A model generated the notes under the pieces. The model was not told the origin of the DNA, made no database searches, and worked only from the letters and a program-made list of their open reading frames with translations. From the human T2T-CHM13v2.0 reference genome, Homo sapiens, in assembly GCF_009914755.1 (NCBI RefSeq), contig NC_060937.1: 64,000 nucleotides of DNA; one strand, written 5' to 3'. The translations under genes and the position numbers were made by a program. The stretch's first letter is position 1, and every line of letters starts with the position of its first letter. This document shows, in pieces, positions 11,777 to 26,731 of the stretch.

Positions 11777-14700
11777 GTAAGGAAAGCCCTTCACTCAGGG
11801 AAGAACAGAAGGGGAGATTTTCTTTGATGGTTGTTTGGAAGTCAGGCTTAAACAATTGTGTCTGTGTGTGCGCATGCACAAACACTTTTACCTTATCTTT
11901 ATTTTCTTCTTTTTATTTGAATGTATAGGGTTGTGTGTATTTCTGTGTAAATTTGGGGTTTTCCTCCTCTTAGTCTTTCACTTTTGTGGTGATTACCAGT
12001 CCCATTTTTAGAGCCAGGGCTGCAACTTGAAGGTTTTGCTAAAACCCTCACCGAAGTGTCTATGATCAGCATTTTAACTATTAATTAATGTGGCCAGGCA
12101 AGGGGTGGAAGGTGAGAAGACTAGAAAGGGAACATGATATACACATTTACTCAGATACTGGGCTTTTCTAACATCTGCAGTGCAATTGAAGTTACCAGTC
12201 ATCTGCAGTCTAAAAAGAAAGTGATTTTGGGAGGTGCGTAGAAAAAATCATCTTATTATTTTTCCTCTATATTACTTTTTTCTTTTTTTCTCCTGAAGAA
12301 ACTTTTTTTTTTGGTGATACCTTCTTTTTCTCTAGCACGTATAATTTTGGAAGCATTTTTCATATGCAGTGTATACTTCAGAAAGAGAGAGAGAGAGAGG
12401 AAAATTGTCCTGTTCAGCGTTTGCATTTCCATTATTCCTGCTATTAGTTAAAAACAACAACAACAACAAAAAACAAGCAGGATACCTAGATCTGGAAAAG
12501 GGAGAATTGTGTAGAGCTGTCTTCCTAAAGTTCTGAGTTAGGGCTGCCTCAGACCACTTTCATAACTATCTCCAGTGGCTTTGTGTTTTATATTTATTAA
12601 GATAGAGAAAAAAAGAGTAATTACTAAGGGCAGCTGCTGTAGCTTTATGGTGATTACTGAACATTGACATGCTGTCACGTTTTTGGAACTTTGAGTATTT
12701 AATCACTTTGGGATATTCTATTTTCCCCCATCTTGAGTGTGGACAGATGCTGGTGATGTAGCCTTCTGGGCACAGAGCAAGCCTCCCCCTCAGCCTCTGC
12801 ACCAGAAAGGCTCAGCTTCACACACTCCAAGTATGTTTTCTACAAGAACTACACTTTGTGGCTTTCTGACCCAAACATTTTTATACTAAATTACACACAA
12901 CAAAGTTGTAGCTCAGAGAGGGAACAAATGGCTTATTTAGGCCACCATTTTCTTGAGCCATTATGATTTCACACAGGGCTCCCTTGGCCCTGTAAATTGG
13001 CAAGGATTCCATTATTCAACCCGCATACATGTACAGAGACCCTGCTCTGGCCCAGATAGTATTCTGGGTACAGGCGGATAGAGCAGGAAACAAAACAGCT
13101 ACAGTGATGGACAGGTCAGCCTGCAGCAATGCCTGCAGTCTCTGCAAAGGTAGCTGTATGGGTGGGCAGGTGGCTAGCACTTATTCAGCTCTGGAAGGAT
13201 CTCCCCTCTGGCCTCTCCCCTGACACCCATCAATAAAACTGAGGAGCATCGGTGGACAGGGGACCTTGTGCCCCCTCCCTGCCTGTGCAGTTGGGGCTGA
13301 ACCCAGCTACGAAGTTTGAGCTCACTCTCTCCAGCTCCCTCTCAATTCAGAGCTGAACTGTGGGAAGCTTCAGAGCTCTCTGTTTCAAGGACAGGTTCTC
13401 CTCACCTCTCCTAATGGAGGTGCACCAGGGAACTGGCCCTGCTCTGCCCAGGGCTTTCTCCTGGACTTTGCCATCATGGTCTAGCAAACCCTGTTCAGAT
13501 TGAGGTGAGTGGTGAGATTTCGAATTCTTTTTGACAGATAGGATTAAGTCTTCTTCTGTGGGACAAGTGGGAGGTAGAGGTAAGATTAAAGATGGCCAAA
13601 TGTCTGAGTCCTGACAGCCACAATATGGAGATCTAGACTTTTTACAGACCACAGGGCACAGGGGCCTCACTAACAGAGTTCCCGGAAGTGATGAGTGTGC
13701 TGGGGGCTTCCTGGTTGAAGAGACACTAGAATGGACGAGCTGGGAGCTAATTTTTTGGGCTGGAGTGTGATGGCCTGCACATCACTGCCTCTGTCCCTCC
13801 ATTGTCACAGCTGCCCCTTAGGAGCCAGCTGAGGCAATTTGTGGTCAGAGTGACTTTGCACAGTTGTCCTGCCTGTGTTCAGGAAGGGAGTTTCTGTGGT
13901 CCCTTTGAAACCACAGAAGAGCCCCTCGTATAGCTCTCAATGGAGGGGGCAAAACATTCAAATAACTCAGGAGATAACACAACTATTTGTTTTTAACTGT
14001 GAGTTTTTAGGCAATCACAAAGATCCAGATGTATGTCCAAGCCTCTCTTTGCAATTCTATTTAACCTCAATGTTGCAACCATAGACCTACCTTACAGAGT
14101 TCAAAAAAATATGCAAAAACCCTGCCTTTCTTCTTCCTCATACCCCAAAATGCCATTCTGAACATTTCCTGTTAGTTAAAAAAAGATTTCCATGGTGTTA
14201 CCAGGCACTGTACACAGTCTGTGTCCCAAGACAAGGAGGTACAGTTCCACATGCGCCCATGACTGGGTTGGGCTCTGCACTCTCTCTATACTTTGAGAGC
14301 CTGATTTTCTGTGATTGGGCAGAGCTGGCCCACCTGGTGCAATGTCCTCCTCTGCCTTTCAAACATGTTTTAGTCATCAAGATCTTCAAATTTGTAACCC
14401 TTTCCAGCTTGATCCAGCAGAATGCAGATTTGGAAAAACAGAACGAGTTTAAAATACATGATTCTAAGAAACCTGGACCAGAACTATCAAAACTTGGTTT
14501 CCCAGAGAATATAGCAAATGGGCTCATTGGCCAATACTATGACATTGGCTTTTGAGAAAAGAAAGGCTTTATTGCAAGGCTGGCCAGCAAGGAGACAGGA
14601 GTTGGGCTCAAATCTGTCTCCCCAGTTTGGGGCTTAGGGCAAGTTTTAATTACACAGACGCATTTCTTATGAGTAGCAGGCAGAGAGCCTCCAACTTCTT

Positions 14701-15534
14701 CTGCCTAGGTACCAGCAGCTTAGACATGATGCAAACCTGGGAAGCACATACTGTATTTGGAGAAAGTGATTGGGAAGAAATGTGAGCTGAGGGGAGGGGC
14801 TCAGTGCCCCTGAGCTACACTTAGTGATGGCAGAGGAAGGATGTCCTCCCGCAGGAGGCTGTTCCACATCTGCTCTGGTTGTAGGGGGAGCTGGCAGGCA
14901 TTAGCAGCGGCCTCTTTCCCCCAAGAGAGGCAGCCTCCTCCAAGTTTTGGCGACATTATGGCCCTGCAATCATAAGGGTTTGTGAGCATAGTGCTAAGGA
15001 GGGAAATGGAGCTGCTGTTACTAGTTCCACCCCAACACACACACACACACTCACAAGAAACCTCACAAGCACCGTATTGGAAGACTTTGCCATCCAACCT
15101 GGGATTTGACAGGCTCTAGAAGCAGAATCATAGACTCATGAAGTTCCCCCAAAGCAGGAATCTTCCTTACAGTAACCCCCAACCACCCCCCTCCACCGCC
15201 TCCACCGGCTGCTTCTTCCTGAACACTGCAGTGTTTGGAAAACTCACAAACTTCCAAGCTTGCCTTTCCTATTGTTGCATGGATTGAAAGCTTGCGTTGT
15301 GTGAAGAATGGCGCTTCCTGCTGTGCTTAGTTTTATCTCATATAATCTTTGCACCATTTAATCCTTGCACTCACCCACTCATGCAACTGCCTTTGCAGAG
15401 ACTGGAGGGGCCGCTGTAGGCTGACCTTTCCTTCACTGTACCTATTTTGTTCCCTGCTTTATTCCCCTGCACCCAGGACACTGCCTGGCACAAAGACAGG
15501 TCTTTATAAGTGTATGCAAGTGAATAAAGATATA

Positions 15535-15827
<293 letters not shown>

Positions 15828-17200
15828 TAGAAATACATACTATTATTTATTCTTGTTTTACAGATAAGCAAAGTGAGTCATGGAGAATTTGGTTGAAAGT
15901 CCCAAGGTCAGGAGTCGTGAAGCTGGGATTAAAACCTAATCATCTGACTTTAGAGAGTAGACACTTGCTCCATGCATATTGCCTCCAATTCATTCATTCA
16001 AGCACTCCCTGCTCAAGAAGTTCTTTCTTATGTTGAGCTGAAATCTGCAGCCCTATGCGTTTTACCCAGCAGTCCTGGTGCTGTTCCCTAAAATCACTTA
16101 GACTGTGCCTGCTCTTTCTGTGTTTACAGTGTCAGCTGTAATATCCCCCTCTTCGGCCTAACGTTTCTGAAGTCCCTTGCCACTGGGTCTCCTCTCCTCT
16201 TCCTGTGTTCTTTCTAAGAACACCTATACAGATAGGTGTCTTCTGTACAGGGAAGCTGTTCCTGAGATCTGGGCATCGACTCTGTTAGAATAATCTACGT
16301 ATGAGTTATTTTTTTGAGAACTATGTGTCATTGCTGACTCATATTAACTCTGTGGTTAACTAAAATCTCAAGATCTCTTTATGTTTGTTGAGAAACTTAT
16401 TTAACTTCTCTGGCCCTCCGTTTCCTTCACTGAGCAGTGGAGTGATTGATAACCTCCACCTGTGGTTGCTGAAGGTCTTGCACAAGATGATATAGTTAAA
16501 GTAGCTAGCAGTGCCCACGTACGGCGGATGCCTCACAACGGTTTGCAGCCATCTCTCTATCTGTGTCTTTGTCTCTCTCTCACACTGGTTTTGGCTTACT
16601 GTTAGCAGCTAGCCGAGATAAGTGTGTTTATGGTCTTTGCATGCATTGTTTCTGTAGCATACTGGAGGATTACAAGAGGTTGGGGAGTGAGGGGGCGGTG
16701 AGGAGTAGACAAAGGCAGCCAACTCTTCCAAGTTTAGCTTAGAAGGAAGGAGCGGTAAACCCTAGTTGAATGTTGGACTGAAGCAGGTTTGTTTTTGTTT
16801 TGTTTAAAGGATAGGGAAGATCTGTGCGTGTTTCCAGGATAAAGAAAAGGAGAGAATATGATATTAAAGATTCTGGAAGTGGGAGAAGGAGCAATGAAAT
16901 ACAGACTTGAAGTCAGTGGCATGGACAGGGTCAAGATCACAGTTAGAGGATGCAGCCTTAGAGAAAAGGAAGGGGCTCGGTTCTCTGAGCAAGGAGGGAA
17001 AGAAGAGAGGCAGATGCAGAGAAGTACGGCACATCGTGCTGCTGGTTGTAGAAATAACCTCTGACTTTTAATAAAGTCATCCCTCGGTATCCCTGGGGGA
17101 TTAGTTCTATGACCTCCCTCGGATGCCAAAATTCGTGGATGCTCAAGTCCCTGATATAAAATGGCATAGTATTTGCATTTAACCTACACACATCCTCCAT

Positions 17201-17204
<4 letters not shown>

Positions 17205-17242
<38 letters not shown>

Positions 17243-17436
17243 TGAGATGGAGTCTTGCTCTGTCGCCCTGGCTGGAGTACAGTGGCTCGATCTTGGCTCA
17301 CTGCAAGCTCCGCCTCCCGGGTTCATGCCATTCTCCTGCCTCAGCCTACAGGTGCCTGCCACCATGCCCAGCTAATTTTTTTTTTGTATTTTTTAGTAGA
17401 GACAGGGTTTCACCATGTTAGCCAGGATGGTCTCGA
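17205..17436 (-). mobile_element. AluY, 5' truncated, internal 17-nt deletion, 37-nt pure tail
   Basis: AluY diagnostics (gcaagctccgcc, ttagccaggatggtctcga). 15-bp TSD acacatcctccatat at 17188-17202 and 17436-17450. Confidence 0.92.
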
Positions 17437-17494
17437 CACATCCTCCATATACTTTAAGTAACCTCTAGATAATCTCTAGATTACTTGTTTTGTC

Positions 17495-17811
<317 letters not shown>

Positions 17812-18071
17812 CTAGATTACTTATAATACCTGATAGAATGTAAATGCTATGTAAACAGTTGTTATACTGTATTGTTAAAAGACAGTAACAAGAAAAAAAA
17901 TCTGTACATGTTCAGTCCAGACAAATGGTTTTCTGTTTTTTTTTTTTTTTTTTTAATATTTTTGGTCAGTGGTTGGTTGACTCCAGGAATGCAGAACCCG
18001 CAGATATAGAAGGTTGATTATGCGTTCAGAGGCAGGGAATACCATCTTGGGTTCCAGAAAGAAAATGATCA

Positions 18072-18471
<400 letters not shown>

Positions 18472-19099
18472 TCACGGTGACAGCAAGAGGAGAAACACAT
18501 CCCCATATGCCCCGCAGAGTTTGAAGTCCCGGCTGCACCTCTCCCCAGCAGCAGGTTGACTCTGGAAAGTTGCAGCGTTCTTACCTACAGAGTGGGAACA
18601 GTACTACCCATTGCACAGAGTGGGTGCAAAGCTCTGTGACGGAATACATGGCAAGTGCCCACCACATTGCCTGGGATGAGGTGGGCCCTTCCTTTACGTA
18701 AGAGAACCCTACAGATACACTCAAAGTGGGCACATTCCTACAGAAGGAGTGTTATTTGTGTAGAAAAGAAAAACATGAAAGGCTTTTATTCCTATACACA
18801 ATAAAGCTCCCCTTTAATGTCTTTTTGAGGAGGATAATATGAAATTGATGAAAAGGAACCCTGTGGTTGGATCCCTGACAATCACATGTATCCCTTTTTT
18901 CACTCTTAAAAAAGGAGTAAAGGAATAAAATAGAAGGGGAGAGGGGGCAGAGAGACCTTCACCGCCCCCCCCCACCCCCCATCATCCAATCTATAGTCAA
19001 ACCCTCCAGACTGTGTCTCCTTGGCATCTCTGACACCCCCACCGCCACCACCCCAGTCAATTCCTATCTTATCCCCCTATCCTGGATCTGATTCTGCTA

Positions 19100-20040
19100 A
19101 GTTCCTGCCACACTAAAGACAGGGTGGCTTTCTGATGACAACATTCCTCTGCTTAAACCTGTCAGTAATTCCTTGTTGCTCTCAGACGGAACTAAGTTCT
19201 GAATTTCTTCACACGGCTCTCAGCAAGGTCACAGTCACCCTGCTAGGCCCCAGGGGCAAATCTCAATGGTCATCTTCTTGAAGACCTGGCTCAGTTATTT
19301 CTTTCTCATTGAGGCTCACGACCCCACCTTCTTGCATGCCTCAAACGGCCCCTTACCATGCTCTTCTTTCGCCCATAGCTCAGCACACCGTATCATTTTA
19401 ATTTATGTATTTTGCTTAATGTGGATGATCTGTCTCCTCCTCTGCTGTCCTCACCAGAGCATCAGTTCCTCAAACCAAGGCTCTTTGTTTTGTTCTTGGA
19501 TGCAAGCTAAATGTCTGGCATGTGGCAAATGGTCATAGATACATGTCATTGAAAGAATGATTCATCACCTCCCTCTTTGGCCTTGTCTGTGGTTCTACCA
19601 AATCCCATTCCCTCCCCAGTGCCCTCCATTCCCCCTCCTTGGCTGAACATTCTGAACCACAGACAGTTCTTTACCCTGAACCTTTGCATATTTTGTTCTC
19701 TTAGCTTAGAGCGGCCCCTCTCCCTCCGTCTGCTTGGCTAATTTCTACTTGTTCTTCAGATTTTATCTTAGATGTCATTCCCTCAAGGAATCCTTCTGTG
19801 ACTCAACATGGAATTAAGTTGCCTCCTTTGACCCTGAAAGCACCATGTACTCAATCTCATCTTGGCATGACTCACTTTGCTGTGTGGAATGTCTGCTTTC
19901 CTTGTTTGTCTATTCCTTTAGACTGTAAGATCCTAGAAAGTGGGGGCCGTGCCTTGCTCATGACTGTGTTTCTAACACCAAACACAGTGTTCAGTAGAGA
20001 GCAGCTGCTGAGTACGTTTCTGCTAAATGACAGTTGATGG
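19100..20040. mobile_element. Degenerate L2 fragments
   Basis: L2-like phrases (ttagactgtaagatcctagaaag, gtctggcatgtggcaaatgg, pyrimidine-rich body). Confidence 0.45.
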
Positions 20041-20163
20041 AGGACATTTAGGGTTGCTTGGAGGTCAAGTCAAGGAGGCATTTAACATTCTAGTAAAACA
20101 AGGAAGTAACAGGCTCCTGAACATGCCCACAATGAACCAGATGCAAACCTTTTCCCTTGGCAG

Positions 20164-20263
20164 GATTCTTTGCCCATAAAGTGGAGCACGAAAGCAGGAC
20201 CCAGAATGGGAGGAGCTTCCAGAGGACCGGAACACTTGCCTTTGAGCGGGTCTACACTGCCAA
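20164..20263 (+). CDS. ALOX5AP: ALOX5AP coding exon 2, (G)FFAHKVEHESRTQNGRSFQRTGTLAFERVYTA(N)
   Basis: Acceptor ccttttcccttggCAG|GA at 20163/20164 and donor CAA|GTGAGT at 20263/20264. 100 nt. Contains the MAPEG FERV motif. Confidence 0.98.
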
Positions 20264-23200
20264 GTGAGTCCTAACCCTGATGTTGCTAATAAGTGGGGGC
20301 ATGGGCAGGGGGGCCTCCTTCTAGGAGTGATGACCACCCTTAATACCACATGTCTGTCTGAGCCAAGTTTCTGAGCGCCAGGGAGGTGAGGAAGGTTGGA
20401 CTTCACCAGAGAGGCTTTGTGGACACCCTTTATCATCTTAGTGAGTGCTAGTGTCAAAACAAAGGGAGTGGGGATATGGGGCACATTGGTGGAGGGAGGT
20501 GTGATCTCTGCAGCTTCAGAAAGATCTGAAAGAGTCATTTGGTTAGAGAAGTTGACCTATTTCCTGTGGGGTTAGACCAGGGTTGCTACTGTGAACACCA
20601 GCCATGACTCACCAGTCACCTTCAGAAGCCACAGGCAGGACATGCTGACGACAGCCTTCAACTCACCCACCCCTTGCTCCCCTGCGGGTGGAAGTCTGGA
20701 GGTGACACCACTGCATTTTCTAACACGGGGGCTCCTTGAGCAACTAGAACAAGAACAGAAAGAATGGGGACATTAGCAGGTGCTTTCCCCCTCTCTCATT
20801 CTTTTCTTTGAATAAAAAGGTTGTTTGAAAACACCTGAGCGGCTCCTAAAGATGGGTGCAATCTATTCGGGATGCAAATCCGAATGAATGTTATTCAAAT
20901 GCTCCTCTCTTCTTTATGCAGAGTGTATTTCAAGGCTCAGCCAGTGGCAGGCATGCTGGGGACTATGGACTACGGACTAGGGGCCTGTCACAGAGGAAGG
21001 CCTCATGCTAGAGAGCTAAGGGAGGAGCTGGCCTTCAGTTCCATCCCAGGAGCAACTTTGATGTTCCCAGAGATCCTTCCAAAGGGGGAGTCATGGTCAC
21101 CCAAGAAAAATGTATTCAGAATGCCAAGAATGGTGCAAACTCAGGACAAAGATTCACACTGCAGGGTTGGAGTCCCTGGGCTTGCTGCTGGCACCATGGG
21201 AGGGAGGGTCCCCTTCAGGGGTACCGTTGGTTTCCTGTGAATTAAACTGGCTTCAAGGGATCTCGACTGAACAGGCCTATATCACACTCACTGATATACT
21301 CTCTCTTCAGTCCTTCTCCTCATCTAGGTATTTTTAATTGTTTCAGTGAGGTGTAGGCATGAGGGGATTGGAGGGGGCATCTCCTCCATTGCAGTTTTTC
21401 ATTGGCTGCTTTGCTCCCTCAGCTCCGAAATCGCTGGGCCACTCTCGAACGCATTAGTACGGTAGTCACAGGTTGATTGCCTGGCCCCTTGCCCTCTGTG
21501 GGCATTTTCCCTTTCAGACAGCCCCTGAGTACTCACAGTGCTGCTACAGTGGGCCACCTAGATCTCCCTCTTTCTCCATGCTCCCACGTGCTCTGGGCTC
21601 CACTCCCTTCTCCCAAGCACTTCTGTCCAGGGCTATTCCAGCAGTCTGACCTCAAGGAAATCCTTTGCTAAACTGATTATAGAGAGGTTTCTATTTTAAC
21701 ATTTAGGCCTTCCATGTATTAATTCTCAGAATCAATTTAAGATGTTTAAAGGTGTGATTTAAGACATTTTAAAACCATTTGGAGGAGAGTACAGAAATTA
21801 TGTCACTTGCTGTCAGCCTCTTTGCACCATCTGCAGAGAAAGATACTAGAGTCCCGCCTTGGACACATCCACATGCAAGAGGTGCAAAGAAGGTGTCTTT
21901 GATGAGGCAAGGTCAAAACTTCTCCCCAGACGAAATCCAAAGAAAGCATTCCTACTATGCTATATCAGTTTGGAAAGAAAAACTTCTGCCAGGTGACTGC
22001 ATTCTCACTGGTCACATTGTGTTCCTATGGACTCCTCAGCTCAACCAATTTGGAGAAGTTATGGTGCAATTTCACCATATCTGGTTAGAAGTTAAGTTTC
22101 CAATTTGCTGGCAATGAAGAAGAAATGGAGCAGGCCAGGCTGTGTAGTTTCTGCCACGTGCCCCCGGGAGTGAACAGCTCTGTTTGTAAGAAGCCATGGT
22201 GCTTAGACCTGGGCTCGCTAGTTGCCAGCCTCCAAATTGCAGAAGTGCCCTTTGGTTGGTGGCTATGCTGTGTCACTTGGGAAGGTCGTTTGGAAGTTCC
22301 ACAGTCGTTGTGGGGTGCCAGAGATTAAAAAGCGTAAGAGGAGAGTGGAAAGTGATTGTTGCTGCTTGGGCATCCCCACCGTGTGGGTGCTGCAGCCCAG
22401 CTCTCAAAACCCATGGGTCTGTACACTCAACCTCCATGAGAGGGAAGGAGAAGGATGAGGGAGGGGAGAGATAGCCATGGAAAGGTAGGAACTAAGCAGG
22501 CAGGGTGGAGAGTTTTCTGTAAGACAAAAACTGTCTGGACACTGCTGCGGTTCTGTTACAAAGACCACTTCCTCCCTGGGCCAGCAACATATCTGTGTGC
22601 CTGTCTGGGTTGTAAAAAGGGTCAAAGATCAATGCAGCAGGCAGCTACATGCTGGAAAAGCCAGAGGCAGCTGGTCTGTTTGCCTGTGCCAGGAAACCAC
22701 TGGGAATGGGGTTGTGTGTTATTCTAGGAGAAAGTCGTCCCAGCAGCAGCTTCTCCAGGGGCATCCAAGAGCACTGAAAAAGGTTGCAAGATGACCCATG
22801 AGGCTGCAGGAAGAAAAGAACATGCATTTAATCTTGCTATCTGAAAAGTAAGACATGAAGCTTTCCTCATTTTTAATATACACATGGACAGTAGTATGTG
22901 TATATAGTTTATATGCAAATATACTTGTTATAAGGTTGCATGCTCAAAATTTTTGGTTCATGGGGTGTGGGATCATAAATGTTTAGGGACCATGGCTATC
23001 AAGGAAAAACAGCATGAAGGATAAATGATACTGGTGGATTAAAAAGACAGATGCATGTATTTTTAGCATAAAACACAACTGCTGACTGATACAGATAGCT
23101 CAAGATTCTGGGGCAGCTGCTGAACAGATACACTAGCCAGTGTGGCTCATCGGCTCAGACTTGGCCTTAATTAATGGGCTGTCCCTCCACCCATCTCCCA

Positions 23201-23284
23201 TGAGGGCAGAGCTGAGCCAGGGTTTGAGAGCTAAAAGGAATTGGACCTGGACTCTGTTCACGTGTATATTTTAATTCTAATTAA

Positions 23285-23630
<346 letters not shown>

Positions 23631-24019
23631 TAGAGCAGCCTTGGTCAAAGTTTGGTTTTTGGAGAAAAATCCTTGTTAGCTGACCTAAGATTCCTCTTTG
23701 TGAGTGTAAGTAAGCACAGGTTGCAGAGAGGAGAAGGGTCTCTGGAGAGGTGTAATTTTCTAAATGGATTACAAGTTCATGGACTTTTAACAGGTGTTAC
23801 AGGGGATAACAAGTTCTTTATAGACAGACTTTTGAGGACGTTTAAGGGTATTCTGATTCTTGGTTTTCTAAGAGGGGAATGTATTATTTAACTACAGACA
23901 CCCCTACCGCCCACTTTTTGCAGAGTGTATCAAAACATGTTTTTGGAATACCACCCTCATGTCGCTTCTCCCTGCATCTCTTATCTCTTGGTGTCCATTC
24001 TAGACTCACTTTCTTTCTG

Positions 24020-24322
24020 TTTTTTATTTTTATTTTTTTTTGAGATGGAGCTTCACTCTGTCACCAGGCTGGAGTGCAGTGGTGCAATCTTGGCTGACTG
24101 CAACCTCTGCCTTCCGGGCTTAAGCAATTTTTGTGCCTCAGCCTCCTGAGTAGCTGGGATTACAGCATGCACCACCATGTCCGGCTAATTTTTGTATCTT
24201 TAGTAGAGACAGGGTTTCACTATGCTGGCCAGCCTGGTCTCAAACTCCTTACCTCAGGTGATCTGCCCGCCTCGGCCTCCCAGAGTGCTCAGATTACAGA
24301 CGTGAGCCACTGGTGCCTGGCC
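24020..24322 (-). mobile_element. AluS, intron 2
   Basis: Antisense Alu with TSD ctagactcactttc. Confidence 0.92.
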
Positions 24323-26112
24323 TAGACTCACTTTCAAGTGGCATAGACTTGTAAAATTATTTAAAGGTGATAGGTCTACAATGATCCTGTCAATTAGTAT
24401 TGACACTATTATTAATAAACTGTTATTAATTATATTTACTTACTTTAAATTAATCCAAACTAATTAACGGAACACTAAAGAGTTTCTATGTTTTATTCCC
24501 AGAGGTGGAGAAAAATGAAAGGGAATATAGCAACGAATTCTTTTCTCCATAAAAACATGAATAGTGCAGCACATCAAGTTGAACATACCACAGCAAATTG
24601 TTGCAAGATCTGCTGAGTAGCTCCTATTTAGACCTCAAGGAATGAGACTCAAAATGGGTTCATCAGTTCTGTTTTGCAGAAAAAATAGCGCAAAATTTCT
24701 CAAAAGAAAATCCAGAATAATAATAATTTGTCAATAGGAAAGACATTTCCACTGGGGGTTAAGAAGGAAGACATTGGAACAATGATAGCCACCACTTATT
24801 GAATGCTTACTGTGAGCCAGGTGGCACTTCACCTTGTTTCATTCTCACAACAGTCTAGGGAAGTAATTACTAATGTCTCCATCCACCTCTTGTAGATGAG
24901 CAAATTGAGGCTCATTGAGGCTAGGAAATGCACCCACACTCACATAGCCCATAAGAGGCAGCCATGGCATTGGGCCCAGACCATGTGAACTTCAAAGACT
25001 ACACGAGCAGCCACTGGGCAGCTGTCATGGCTAAAGCCACTTGAATTCAGCCCAGCAGCAACCCCCTCTCCAGGAGGGGCACATAAGCTTGCAGCTTTGG
25101 GTAGAAGCTGCACTTGAAGTCCTGGATGGCGAGAGGGACTGGCTTGAGCCAGAGCCAGGAACAAGGCTCTGAGAATATTCTGGAAATCCACAGGAGGAAC
25201 CCATTTTCTTACAGCTGGGAGAATTTCATTCAACTCCAGGCTGACCATGTTTTATTAGGAACGAAGGTGACTTGAACTAATAGTCAGGAATGGTTGAATA
25301 CGGACCCAATGTCAAATCACTAGGCAGTTCACATTTCTAATGAGCAAATCCCTTAGACAATTAAGAATTTTTTTCCTTTTGCATAACCCAGACAAAATCG
25401 CTACTTAAAAACAAACCAAAGACCCGAAACATGAGAAAGAGAAGGAAGCAGGGGAAATCTTTGGTACTAATAAGTTTTTAAACAATAAGAGCACCAGATA
25501 TTTTACCCCATCAGACACAGAATGTTATTCGAATAACCAAAAAAGGAATTTTTTCTCTAAGTTTCTTGAACTGGAAAATGAATCATATTTTCTCAGTCCT
25601 GAGGCTGCAATTTTGTGCCTCTAGTAACATATAAGAATAGATGTGATGCCAGTGCCCAGTAGCTGCTGCAATTGTTACTTGGGGACCTGTTTATTCACTA
25701 AGCACTTCACCCCAGTGATAAATTTGTAGGGGCCTCCTGCCCTTTGGAGCTCCTACCGTGTCCATTAGATCAGTGGAAATTCTGGGATTCAGAGCACTTT
25801 GCAAGGTCAGCAGGGGTCTGCTCTTTCTGTCCTGTTCCTGGTTTTTGGTTGTGCCTGGATTCCAGGGTAGGTTTCTCATCTGTTACCTTCATAGACTTCT
25901 CCAGAAAAGGATCTTTTGACCATCAGAGGACCACGAAGATTCCATTGGTGAGGCGCAGATAACCTGATCTCTCTGGGTTCTCTGCAGGGCACAGATGAAG
26001 GGCTGGCCATTCCCAAGTTCTCAGTGGTACCACTGAGGCATGAGACCCTAATGGTTTGCATGAGCAGTTTGAAAATTGCATCTTTGTTTTTACCTATATA
26101 ATCACATGAAAC

Positions 26113-26294
26113 CCGTGGTTCTCAAACGTCAGCAGGCATCAGCATCACATGGAGGGCTTGTTAAAACAGATTTCTGGGCCCCAACACAGAGTTTTAAATT
26201 CTGAAGGCCTGAGGTGGGTGTGAACATTTGCATTTCTAACATGTTCTCGATGCTGCTGCCGCCTCTGGTCCCGAGAGCATGCCTGGAGAACTGC
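26113..26294. mobile_element. MER5A (hAT-Charlie)
   Basis: gtggttctcaaac...catcagcatcacatggagggcttgttaaaacaga...tttgcatttctaaca. Confidence 0.75.
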
Positions 26295-26584
26295 CACCTT
26301 CGACCATGGACTGTGAGAATTCACATGGACCTCAGAATTATAATCAGTCTCTCAGTTTTACAGATAAGGAAACTAAATCCAGAGAGATTGTTTTGCCAAT
26401 GGTGAACAGCTGGTTAAAGTCAGGATGGAGACTTTAATCCTAGTCAAGTGACCTTTCCTCTGTATTTATTTCCCTCCCTTTTTATGCCTCTCAAGTCTAG
26501 TTACACTGTTTTTCATGGATGGGCATATTTATTGTCCTGATCTGGACTGCAGACTTCTCAGGAGGACACCTATGATTTAATTTA

Positions 26585-26730
26585 GTATAGTTGAAGAGTT
26601 AACAGACATGGCTTTGGAGACAGACTGATTATGGTGTGAATCCCGGCTTTGCCACTCCCTAGCTGGATGACCCTGAGCAAGTTATTCAGCTTCTCCAAGC
26701 CTGAGTTCCTTATTGGAAACATGAGAGCAA
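26585..26730 (+). mobile_element. MIR
   Basis: ggctttggagacagac...gaatcccggctttgccact...ctagctggatgaccctgagcaagtta. Confidence 0.7.
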
Positions 26731-26731
26731 T

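Noticed and set aside
11777-11928. ORF-track extension of exon 1 (GKESPSL...)
   Set aside because: Read-through into intron 1 past the GTAAGG donor.
20065-20538. 157-aa antisense ORF across exon 2
   Set aside because: No recognisable motif or promoter/splice support. Within chance expectation for GC-moderate DNA.
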